Of a DNA stretch of 43,529 nt, positions 27,661 through 35,505 are shown in pieces (the stretch's first letter is position 1; every line of letters starts with the position of its first letter). A model generated the notes under the pieces. The model was not told where the DNA came from, did no database searches, and saw nothing but the letters and a program-made list of their open reading frames with translations. The DNA is taken from positions 1 through 43,529 of the IMG/VR virus record IMGVR_UViG_3300016659_000160. The stretch is one strand, 5' to 3'. A program made the position numbers and the translations under genes. The DNA comes from a virus (lineage: Duplodnaviria > Caudoviricetes).

Positions 27661-27891
27661 ATGAAAGATGAACATTTGAAAGCGATAGCCATGTTTGAAC
27701 AAGCTGGTGCGTTTTTAAATATTTTCGCAACATTTTTGTATTCCTATCACAACAGCTTGTGCGAAGCCGGTTTTCAAAGAAGTGAAGCACTTGTTCTTGT
27801 GACTAAATTGCAGGACAGAATTTTTACTGATGCGTTTAATCAAGGTGGAAAAAGTAAAGATTTTGAAGAAGATGAAAACCAAGATATCTAA
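27661..27891 (+). CDS. Hypothetical protein
   Basis: YHNSLCEAGFQRSEALVL, a small phage-like helical motif. Confidence 0.7.
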   Translation: MKDEHLKAIAMFEQAGAFLNIFATFLYSYHNSLCEAGFQRSEALVLVTKLQDRIFTDAFNQGGKSKDFEEDENQDI

Positions 27892-28638
27892 ATGTTAAAA
27901 TCAGAAAGTAGATTATTGATCGGTTCGGTTTATTGTGAATCGATAAATAATAATCTTTGGTATAAATTACAAAAAAATTTCATAAAAAAAAATACAGAAA
28001 ATTTCAAATTTGTAATTTATGCAAATGGAGCAGACTTATCATTATTTGATCAAGATGATGTTATAGAACATCATCCTCAAAAACAAAAATTCGGTCATTG
28101 TGATGGATTGAATTTTATTGTGCAATTTGCCCAACAAAATAAATTTAAAAACCTTTTGATTTTAGATAGCGACTGTTTTCCCATAATGGAAAATTGGCAA
28201 CAAAAATTAGAAAAGGAAATGATGTCATTTAGTGTGGCATCAGTAGTGAGGACTGAATTTTTAGACACTTTTGCTCATCCGTGCGCTTGTTATATTAAAA
28301 ATATTCATAAAAATAATATAAAATTTTGCTATAGAAAAAAAACAAATTTGATTGGTGTTGAATATTGCGATCTTGAATTAGATGTTAAAAATTTTTACCC
28401 CTTGTTAAGAAGTAATTTGGTTAATATTGATCCAAAGTTTTTTGCAATTTATAAAGGTTTTTTCTATCATCACGGAGCAGGAAGTAGAGACATATTTAAA
28501 GCATTGAATGATAGAACAAAAGGATACTTTTCTACGCCTGTTGATTATCAAGAAAAAAATGATTATGTACTTAGAATGCTTGATACTGACCCTTATGGAT
28601 TTATCAAATATTTAAATGATAGCAATCTTAAATATTGA
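27892..28638 (+). CDS. Putative GT-A fold glycosyltransferase
   Basis: HCDGLN...LLILDSDCFP (DxD)...FYHHGAGSR. Confidence 0.6.
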   Translation: MLKSESRLLIGSVYCESINNNLWYKLQKNFIKKNTENFKFVIYANGADLSLFDQDDVIEHHPQKQKFGHCDGLNFIVQFAQQNKFKNLLILDSDCFPIMENWQQKLEKEMMSFSVASVVRTEFLDTFAHPCACYIKNIHKNNIKFCYRKKTNLIGVEYCDLELDVKNFYPLLRSNLVNIDPKFFAIYKGFFYHHGAGSRDIFKALNDRTKGYFSTPVDYQEKNDYVLRMLDTDPYGFIKYLNDSNLKY

Positions 28639-28653
28639 TAAATGGAGGTTTTT

Positions 28654-29265
28654 GTGTTAGCAAATAAAAAAGTACTTGTTTTAAATAAATCTTGGAAAGC
28701 CATAGCCATTATAACGCTAGATAAGGCTTTAAATAAAGTATTTTCAACATATTCAGATGGTACTCCAAAAGCACGGATTATTGATGCTGTGAATGATTTT
28801 AGAATGTGTACATGGGATGATTGGTCAAAAATGAAGCCAGCCGATGGCGAACAAGGTTTGAGAACTGTAAATGCAATTTTCCGTATTCCAGAAGTTATTC
28901 AGTTTACTCGTTATGATAAATTGCCTTGTCAAAAAATTCATTATAATAGAAGAACAATTTTCAAGCGTGATAACTATCGATGTCAGTATTGCGGCATGAA
29001 GAAAAATACTATCGAGCTTTCTTTGGATCATGTGATACCACGGTGCCAAGGCGGTTTAACTTGTTGGGAAAACATTTGTGTTGCCTGTACTGATTGCAAT
29101 TCAGCAAAAGCTGGCAGGACACCTGAACAGGCAGGCATGAAGCTATTGCGTCAGCCCTATAAGCCAAAAAATAATTTGATTGTTGAGGACATTCGTGTTA
29201 AAAGTTGGGAAGCATTCCTTGGCGCAAGTTATTGGTTAACTGAACTTGAAAACGATATTGTTTAG
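28654..29265 (+). CDS. HNH endonuclease (McrA-like)
   Basis: VLVLN, RDNYRCQYCG, DHVIPRCQGG, WENICVACTDCNSAKAGRTP. Confidence 0.93.
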   Translation: MLANKKVLVLNKSWKAIAIITLDKALNKVFSTYSDGTPKARIIDAVNDFRMCTWDDWSKMKPADGEQGLRTVNAIFRIPEVIQFTRYDKLPCQKIHYNRRTIFKRDNYRCQYCGMKKNTIELSLDHVIPRCQGGLTCWENICVACTDCNSAKAGRTPEQAGMKLLRQPYKPKNNLIVEDIRVKSWEAFLGASYWLTELENDIV

Positions 29266-29277
29266 GAGTCTTGCAAA

Positions 29278-29466
29278 ATGTGGTTAAAATTGTCTTCTCA
29301 ATGGATCAACATGGAACACATTGTGCGTGTTGAAGTTAAGACAGAAGGTAACAAAAATATTGTCACCTTTTATTCAACGAAAACAGGCGGTCAAGATCGT
29401 ACCTTTGTCGAAGGAGCGGACGCAGACATAGTGGTTGCTTGGCTCGAAAAAAATCAAAACAACTAA
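29278..29466 (+). CDS. Hypothetical protein
   Basis: AGGAG RBS; WINMEHIVRVE. Confidence 0.7.
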   Translation: MWLKLSSQWINMEHIVRVEVKTEGNKNIVTFYSTKTGGQDRTFVEGADADIVVAWLEKNQNN

Positions 29467-29475
29467 GAGGCAATC

Positions 29476-30591
29476 ATGTTTTCTACATTATTGACGCTTT
29501 TTGCGTCTGTTGTTGGAATTTGGGCGTTTATTAAATATGTAATTTTAATTGAAATTCGTGTTGATGCAAACACATTCAAAACTTTGTATGATCATCTAAA
29601 ATCGTGCAAAAAGTTTGTGTTGAATGAAGAACTTACTTCTGAATCTCGACATCCTATTCTTTTTAGTGCCTTTTTATTCCCAGAGGGATTGCCTTGGTTC
29701 TGTCTTTCACATGGCGAAAGGTTGATGCAGGCTGGTTGGCATGGCAAAGACTATGTGAGTGTCATAACTTGTATGCGATGGAATTATAAAAAACTTCGTG
29801 ATTTTTTGAGTGAAGGATTGAGAGAAACAAGTTTTCGGACGAATGGAGTTCCTGTTCAAGTTATTTTACCTTATGGGTTGGACAAAGTTGGTTCTTTGAA
29901 AAAGATTGCTCCTGAACCAATTATTGAGGAGTCTTTGTGGCAAGACTTGGATATTGAAGTAAATGAAGTTCTTGAGGGTAAAAGGAATAAAACGGGCGCA
30001 TTGTTGTATGGCAAACCGGGGAACGGAAAGACTTCTTTTATCAAATATTTATCGACTAAACATCGTTTGCCAATTATGATCCTTACTTTCAACCCAGAGT
30101 GGAGCAATATCGACATTTTACTATTGTTTTCTCATATACCCAAAAAGTGTTTAGTATTATTGGAAGATTTTGACAATTATTTTGATAAAAGAGTTTGTTT
30201 AATGGGTGCGGGTGAAAAAAGTTCAGTCAAGTTTACATTTGATATCATACTAAATGGATTAGATGGAGTTTATAATAGCTATGAAAAAGTAGTTTTCATC
30301 ATGACTGTCAACGACATAGACAAGGTGGACGAAGCATTAAAAAACAGACCTAGTCGTTTTAAATTTACACGGCATTTTGCCAATCCAGATCATTCAACCA
30401 GATGTAAGTTGATCCCTGAAGAATGGTCTTCAAAAATCGACAATTTACAGTTAAATCTTGATCAGGTGTTTAGGATGAAAGAATATTATGATTCTGGTCT
30501 AGATTTGGACGCTGCATTGAAAAAATTAGATTTAAATCTTAATGTTGAAGAAAAAAAGGCAATCAAATCTTGTTCTGATTTTTTAGATTAG
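29476..30591 (+). CDS. Membrane-anchored AAA+ ATPase (BCS1-like)
   Basis: N-terminal TM; GKPGNGKT, LLEDFD, LNGLDG, MTVN, ALKNRPSRF. Confidence 0.85.
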   Translation: MFSTLLTLFASVVGIWAFIKYVILIEIRVDANTFKTLYDHLKSCKKFVLNEELTSESRHPILFSAFLFPEGLPWFCLSHGERLMQAGWHGKDYVSVITCMRWNYKKLRDFLSEGLRETSFRTNGVPVQVILPYGLDKVGSLKKIAPEPIIEESLWQDLDIEVNEVLEGKRNKTGALLYGKPGNGKTSFIKYLSTKHRLPIMILTFNPEWSNIDILLLFSHIPKKCLVLLEDFDNYFDKRVCLMGAGEKSSVKFTFDIILNGLDGVYNSYEKVVFIMTVNDIDKVDEALKNRPSRFKFTRHFANPDHSTRCKLIPEEWSSKIDNLQLNLDQVFRMKEYYDSGLDLDAALKKLDLNLNVEEKKAIKSCSDFLD

Positions 30592-31485
30592 CGTAAAGTC
30601 AACTGCTTCTATTTCCATGAATTCACGGGGGAAATTTTTCCCATCGCTATAACCAGACATTGTTTGCCATTTTTCTTTTATTCTTCTCATAACTCTTTCG
30701 TTGGTATAAAAAAATGGCTCAACAGTAGTTCTCAATGGTTGTTGAGAAATTATTGAATAACCATATTTTTGGAATAAATTTCTGTAACTAGTGATGGGAT
30801 CGAGCAGTCGGTGTGTGAATTTATTGGTTTTATATCCCATATTTTGGAGTTCTTCCTCTGTAAACACAAGGTGAACATAAGCTTTGTTAATTTGTGAATG
30901 CAAATGTGCTCCGTGTCTGCTGGCCCAAGGATGGCAACGAATATAAATTCGACATGATTCTGTTTTGATTTCTTTTATCTTTTCAAGAATTTTATCAAAG
31001 TCATTTGAGTGATCCAATAAGTCGTTTGCATAAATTATGTCATAGGGTCCATTTTCTTTCACAACATCCCAATTGGTCGTGAGAATCACATTATCTTGTT
31101 TTAAAGAGGACCAGTTATTTTCAACTGTGTCATATCCAACTGATTTTTTGGCGTAAAAATTATTTGATGTTAAAGAACAGCAGACACCGTCTTCACAATT
31201 TAAACTGAGAATCGATTTATTTTCAATATCGCAAGTAATTAAACTTCCAAGAACAGCAAGGGCTTTTTCTATTTTTTCATCATTTCCGAGGATTTGCTCC
31301 CCATCTACAGCTTGTGGCCAGATAGGAGCTTTCAATAGAAAACGGAGTTCTGTGAAATCCTTGAGTTGTTCTGCTTTTGTTTCTGGATTTGCAGCAATTT
31401 TATATTCTTGATTGTGAATTTTTTGCATGAATTTTATCATTTCATGCATCTGTGTGATGAATTCTTTTGGTGAATGTATTTCCAT
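30583..31485 (-). CDS. Class I SAM-dependent methyltransferase-like protein (degenerate motif I)
   Basis: ILSLNCEDG, VGYD, YDIIYANDLLDH, HPWASRHGAH. Confidence 0.6.
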   Translation of the reverse strand: MEIHSPKEFITQMHEMIKFMQKIHNQEYKIAANPETKAEQLKDFTELRFLLKAPIWPQAVDGEQILGNDEKIEKALAVLGSLITCDIENKSILSLNCEDGVCCSLTSNNFYAKKSVGYDTVENNWSSLKQDNVILTTNWDVVKENGPYDIIYANDLLDHSNDFDKILEKIKEIKTESCRIYIRCHPWASRHGAHLHSQINKAYVHLVFTEEELQNMGYKTNKFTHRLLDPITSYRNLFQKYGYSIISQQPLRTTVEPFFYTNERVMRRIKEKWQTMSGYSDGKNFPREFMEIEAVDFTLI

Positions 31486-31527
31486 ATTTCTATTATAGTT
31501 CGTGTCATTTGATAAAGGTTATTTAAA

Positions 31528-32046
31528 ATGGATCACTTTGACTTTGGTAAGAATTCAATTGCTGCTATCTTAATAGATGTTGGCAGGGCTAAACTGCAAG
31601 ATGGTTCTTGGCTTTATGAAAAAATTAAATCAAATTTAATTTCTAAATTAAAGAATAGTACAAAAAATTGCTTAATTTATATGCCTCAATCGGTGTCTTC
31701 TTTACCAAAAACAATCAGCGAAAGCACTTATCAGATTGATTCATTTAAACAAAATTCCAACGAATATCCTATAATCGATCAAATTAAAAAAGCCGCTCAG
31801 GTTTTAGGTGAAAGTTCAGAAGATTTGGAAAAGCATTTAGTGCTTATGACAAAAAAATTCAATGAAAATTATTCTGATGTTTTTAATTGGATCAAGAATA
31901 AAGAATATGATTTTAAGATAAAAATTATTGGTATTGGTAAGGACACAGATTTGTTGGAACTGACTGCTGATGAATTTGGTTTTGATTTTGTTAAAATCAA
32001 CAAGTTAGATGGTATTAAACAAGCAATTGAAAGCATAGGTGAATAA
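31528..32046 (+). CDS. Hypothetical protein, possible degenerate vWA-like fold
   Basis: ILIDVG...LVLMT...IIGIG. Confidence 0.5.
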   Translation: MDHFDFGKNSIAAILIDVGRAKLQDGSWLYEKIKSNLISKLKNSTKNCLIYMPQSVSSLPKTISESTYQIDSFKQNSNEYPIIDQIKKAAQVLGESSEDLEKHLVLMTKKFNENYSDVFNWIKNKEYDFKIKIIGIGKDTDLLELTADEFGFDFVKINKLDGIKQAIESIGE

Positions 32047-32047
32047 A

Positions 32048-32827
32048 ATGGAAGAAAAAATTTTTGTGATGAATCCAATAGAAAAAAAACCTTTTCAAAT
32101 GGCTTCCGTGGAGATCATAATACCGTTCTATGATGAACACGCAAAAGTTCTGAATTTAGTAAATGATATATTTTCAAGTGTGACAAGTAACAAGTATCTG
32201 ATCACTTTGGTTGACGATGGGTCAAAAAATCAAAATTTCGTACAACAGTTGAAGTCTAAAAAAATACCCGGTCTACGCTTTCTAAGTCATGCAAAAAATA
32301 AGGGCTTTGGAGCAGCGGTTAATACGGCGCTCAAGACTCCATTCAACGCAAAGATTCCGTTTGTTGCAATTATGCATTCTGATGTGCGTGTACAAGATTT
32401 GAATTGGCTTTTCAATTTGGGTTTAACTTTAACAGAAATGAAAACCAAGGGAATTAAGATGATTTCCCCTATGACGGATAATCCTCTTGTTGCTGAACAA
32501 TTTCTGAAAGGCAAGCATGGTGAAAGAAATGAAGACAAAGTATTGACTGAGGGATTTTTGCCAATGTACTGCTCTCTGGCTCATCGACAGCTTTTTGCCA
32601 AGGTTGGCTTGTTTTTGGAATGTCCTTATGCAGGAACCGAAGCTGAAGAGTTTGCTTGGAGAATGAAAAAGAATGGATTTTTTCAAGGTGTTTGCGGGAA
32701 AAGCTGGGTGCAGCATGAAGGCAGGGGGACGCTTGCAAAGCTTGATAAAATTAAAAAAGCACAGGATTTGATGAACAAAATACACGATGACTTTTTATTG
32801 AGTATTCAAAAACCTTTGGCAAAATAA
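32048..32827 (+). CDS. Glycosyltransferase family 2
   Basis: IIIPFY, LVDDGS, NKGFGAAVN, MHSD. Confidence 0.88.
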   Translation: MEEKIFVMNPIEKKPFQMASVEIIIPFYDEHAKVLNLVNDIFSSVTSNKYLITLVDDGSKNQNFVQQLKSKKIPGLRFLSHAKNKGFGAAVNTALKTPFNAKIPFVAIMHSDVRVQDLNWLFNLGLTLTEMKTKGIKMISPMTDNPLVAEQFLKGKHGERNEDKVLTEGFLPMYCSLAHRQLFAKVGLFLECPYAGTEAEEFAWRMKKNGFFQGVCGKSWVQHEGRGTLAKLDKIKKAQDLMNKIHDDFLLSIQKPLAK

Positions 32828-32864
32828 TATATAATATGTAGCATCTTACCACAAGGAGGTAATT

Positions 32865-33038
32865 ATGAGATGCAATACTGGTATGGTTGATGAATTTAAC
32901 AACCCAATTATTTCAACTACGACTTGGAAATATTATACAGCACAATGTACTAACATACAACAAGGTCTAGGTATTTGTAGCGGAACATCAGGCGCATATT
33001 TGCCAGCAATCACAGTTTGTATCCAAAGACTTTTCTAA
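32865..33038 (+). CDS. 57-aa Cys/Thr-rich small protein (not in the ORF track)
   Basis: AAGGAGG RBS; MRCNTGMVDEFNNPIISTTTWKYYTAQCTNIQQGLGICSGTSGAYLPAITVCIQRLF; followed by a terminator. Confidence 0.7.
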   Translation: MRCNTGMVDEFNNPIISTTTWKYYTAQCTNIQQGLGICSGTSGAYLPAITVCIQRLF

Positions 33039-33061
33039 TAAATTTGCACAAGATCAAAATT

Positions 33062-33090
33062 AAACCGCCTTTCGGGGCGGTTTTTTTGTT
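33062..33090 (+). terminator. Rho-independent terminator
   Basis: AAACCGCCT-TTCG-GGGCGGTTT plus T run. Confidence 0.88.
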
Positions 33091-33094
33091 GGCA

Positions 33095-33122
33095 TTGACA
33101 TAGTAGTTTGTTGTGGTAAGTT
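33095..33122 (+). promoter_or_regulatory. Sigma-70-type promoter for csrA-1
   Basis: TTGACA-N16-TAAGTT with extended TG. Confidence 0.6.
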
Positions 33123-33143
33123 CATTTGTCCTCACATTTTACC

Positions 33144-33158
33144 CAACAAGGATTGTTG
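33144..33158 (+). promoter_or_regulatory. Putative CsrA-binding hairpin over the csrA-1 Shine-Dalgarno
   Basis: CAACA-AGGAT-TGTTG stem-loop with GGA in the loop. Confidence 0.5.
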
Positions 33159-33160
33159 AA

Positions 33161-33343
33161 ATGCTTGTACTCAGTTGCAAACTTGACGAAGGTATTATGA
33201 TAGGTGATGATATTCGTGTTATGATTGTTGATCTTGGTAATGGTAAAGTTAAACTTGGAATATCTGCACCTAGAGAAGTTGCTGTTCATAGAGACAAAAT
33301 TTACAACGATATTAAATCTGGTAAGCCATATGTTAAATCCTAG
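33161..33343 (+). CDS. csrA: Carbon storage regulator CsrA, paralog 1
   Basis: MLVLSCKLDEGIMIGDDIRVMIVDLGNGKVKLGISAPREVAVHR. Confidence 0.92.
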   Translation: MLVLSCKLDEGIMIGDDIRVMIVDLGNGKVKLGISAPREVAVHRDKIYNDIKSGKPYVKS

Positions 33344-33500
33344 AGTTTGTCCGCATTGTAATAAACAAATTGCGACAGATCGTGGTTATTTTTTTGATGA
33401 ACACTTGAACATGATCTGTCGCAATTGTAATCTCAAGGTTGTTGAGATCAAAGAAGAACCTGTAGTCATCGCTGGAGAAGAAATCGATGAAACAGTTTGA
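33330..33500 (+). CDS. Small Zn-ribbon protein
   Basis: CPHC...CRNC. Confidence 0.65.
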   Translation: MLNPRVCPHCNKQIATDRGYFFDEHLNMICRNCNLKVVEIKEEPVVIAGEEIDETV

Positions 33501-34137
33501 GGTAATTTACAGTTACTTCAATAATTCTTTGTTCAATAATGAATTGCCTCGACAAGAATTTATATTTGATATAAATAAAAAGTTTCCTCTTCGCTGGGAT
33601 AAGAGCAACATAATCATCGGTGCTGAATTTTTATCGCTAAATGCATATGAATTTTTTATTTCGATCATCCATGAAATGATTCATATTAAAAGTCATCAAG
33701 CGGGTCTTGATGATTTAGGGATCAATCAATATCATAAAAAAGATTTCTTAAAAATGGCCTTGAATTTAGGGTTTTTTGTTATCAAACACAAGTCTCAAGG
33801 TTGGTCAATTATCAGTCCTATCTCGCCACGAAATGCAACAAATTGCATCGCTGTCAAATCTCCAAATGTAAATCGCAATTGTTCTTTGTTGGATGTCTTA
33901 TCAAATGTTAATTACAATGTTCAAGAATTTAAAAACCAAGTCAAAGACCTGCATGATGCAATCATCAAAAATCCGCCTTCAAAGACATTTTTCTTGAAAT
34001 ATCAATGTCAATGTCCTGATCCACATAACAGCATTCGTTCTGGTAGAAGACCAAATGGAGCGGGAATGGAACATCCTGATGCCATGTGCAAAACATGTGG
34101 CTCAGATTATCTTTGTGTTTCTGATTTGCCGGATTAG
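33487..34137 (+). CDS. SprT-like zinc metalloprotease
   Basis: YFNNSLFNNELP, HEMIH, YH.K.F, C-terminal CxC...CxxC. Confidence 0.8.
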   Translation: MKQFEVIYSYFNNSLFNNELPRQEFIFDINKKFPLRWDKSNIIIGAEFLSLNAYEFFISIIHEMIHIKSHQAGLDDLGINQYHKKDFLKMALNLGFFVIKHKSQGWSIISPISPRNATNCIAVKSPNVNRNCSLLDVLSNVNYNVQEFKNQVKDLHDAIIKNPPSKTFFLKYQCQCPDPHNSIRSGRRPNGAGMEHPDAMCKTCGSDYLCVSDLPD

Positions 34138-34409
34138 ATTTTTTTTCTAATCCATGTGCCATTTTCTACTTCAAAATTTTTATTTGTTTGCATGACATTC
34201 TTAATTGATTCGATGTCAGGAGATTCTGCCTCAACAGCGGATTGAAGCTCATCATTTTCAAAATAATAAGATGAATCATTCGGTATTTCTATTTTTATGC
34301 CGTCAACAATGACTGTTTTTGGATTAGTGGTTCGTAATATTTTTACATTCCCAAATTCTTCCAAGGTGTATTTGTGTTTTATTTGCTTGATGAATTCTTG
34401 AAATCTCAT
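34134..34409 (-). CDS. Hypothetical protein (N-terminus MRFQEFI)
   Basis: ATGA-coupled to the mscL-like gene. Confidence 0.65.
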   Translation of the reverse strand: MRFQEFIKQIKHKYTLEEFGNVKILRTTNPKTVIVDGIKIEIPNDSSYYFENDELQSAVEAESPDIESIKNVMQTNKNFEVENGTWIRKKI

Positions 34410-34768
34410 TTTTTATCCAGATCAAATTCGGGACTAATCTTTTTGATTATCTTACTGTAAATTACATAAAGGCAAATAGTTATGATAGTAAATTCTAAAA
34501 AACCAGAGGCAAATTTGCCAATTTCTATGTCCATGCCTTTAATTGGGGTAAAAATCAGTAGCCGCCAGTCTCCATGCGTTGAAGAAACTAGATAATTTGC
34601 TATAGGCATGAATACTGTTTCTGATATAGTCGTAACAAACTTTTGCATAGAATTAGCAAGAATTAAAGTTATTGCTACGCCAATTAAGTTTTTGCTATAA
34701 GCAAATCTACGATACTCATCAAATTCTTTTTGTAGTTTCTCTTTGGGAATGAAATTTTTTTCTTCCAT
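34406..34768 (-). CDS. mscL: Large-conductance mechanosensitive channel MscL-like protein
   Basis: EYRRFAYSKNLIGVAITLILA...FVTTISETVFMP...IGKFASGFLEFTII, matching the MscL S1/TM1/TM2 layout. Confidence 0.8.
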   Translation of the reverse strand: MEEKNFIPKEKLQKEFDEYRRFAYSKNLIGVAITLILANSMQKFVTTISETVFMPIANYLVSSTHGDWRLLIFTPIKGMDIEIGKFASGFLEFTIITICLYVIYSKIIKKISPEFDLDKK

Positions 34769-34794
34769 GTCTGATTCCCGTGGTACAAAATTAC

Positions 34795-35436
34795 ATGAGC
34801 ATTAAAATTATATTCCCGCCACGACCCAAGGGTAAAATGTTGCCTTCTGACCTTTCTCATTATGAAAGTTCGGGCAACTGGATTGCACAGAGAAAATTTA
34901 ATGGCAGCAGATGTGTAATTCATATATCTAAAGATAGGTATGTAACTATTGGAAACCGACACGCCGGTCAATTTGCCCGTTTCTCTTTCACCAAAGGTAT
35001 GATTGATGAACTTTTATCTTCAATTAAATTAGAAGATAGCAAAGAGTATTGGCTTGACGGCGAGTTGATGAATAAGAATGAAAATGCAACAAATGAAATA
35101 GTTTTTTATGATGTTTTACAGGCAGGTAGATACTTATTTGGCAATCCTAATCAGGTCAATCGAATTGAAATGCTTAATGAAATTTGTCGGAATCCAACTC
35201 AAAAATGTGATTCGGGAATTGCTCTTCAAATAAGTAAAAGGTTCTGGATGGCGGAAACTTTTTTTTCTAATTTCAAAGAAAGGTTTTTAGAATCTTTGCC
35301 AAGCAATCAAATCGAAGGATTGGTTTTGCGGAAGAAAACAAGTGGCTTGGATAATTTTGGACATAAAGAATATGAGACGGCAAGTTTGATTCGATGCCGT
35401 AAGCCTTTTTCTCAAAATAAGGGATATGAATTTTGA
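34795..35436 (+). CDS. ATP-dependent ligase-type nucleotidyltransferase domain (no OB domain)
   Basis: Motif I QRKFNGSR, III WLDGEL, IIIa FYDVL, IV EGLVLRK. Confidence 0.8.
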   Translation: MSIKIIFPPRPKGKMLPSDLSHYESSGNWIAQRKFNGSRCVIHISKDRYVTIGNRHAGQFARFSFTKGMIDELLSSIKLEDSKEYWLDGELMNKNENATNEIVFYDVLQAGRYLFGNPNQVNRIEMLNEICRNPTQKCDSGIALQISKRFWMAETFFSNFKERFLESLPSNQIEGLVLRKKTSGLDNFGHKEYETASLIRCRKPFSQNKGYEF

Positions 35437-35442
35437 ATTCCC

Positions 35443-35471
35443 TTGACATGAATTTTGTGTCGTTGTAATTT
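35443..35471 (+). promoter_or_regulatory. Sigma-70-type promoter
   Basis: TTGACA-N17-TAATTT. Confidence 0.55.
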
Positions 35472-35505
35472 TGGTTGTTCTTTAATCCCCATCAAGGAGG
35501 GTGTT

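Noticed and set aside
27518-27790. Minus-strand 90-aa ORF
   Set aside because: Overlaps the TnpB fragment and the 27661 gene, which explain the region better
1499-29265. Restriction-modification pair of the Dcm and the HNH nuclease
   Set aside because: They are 26 kb apart with no linkage; both are common stand-alone phage genes
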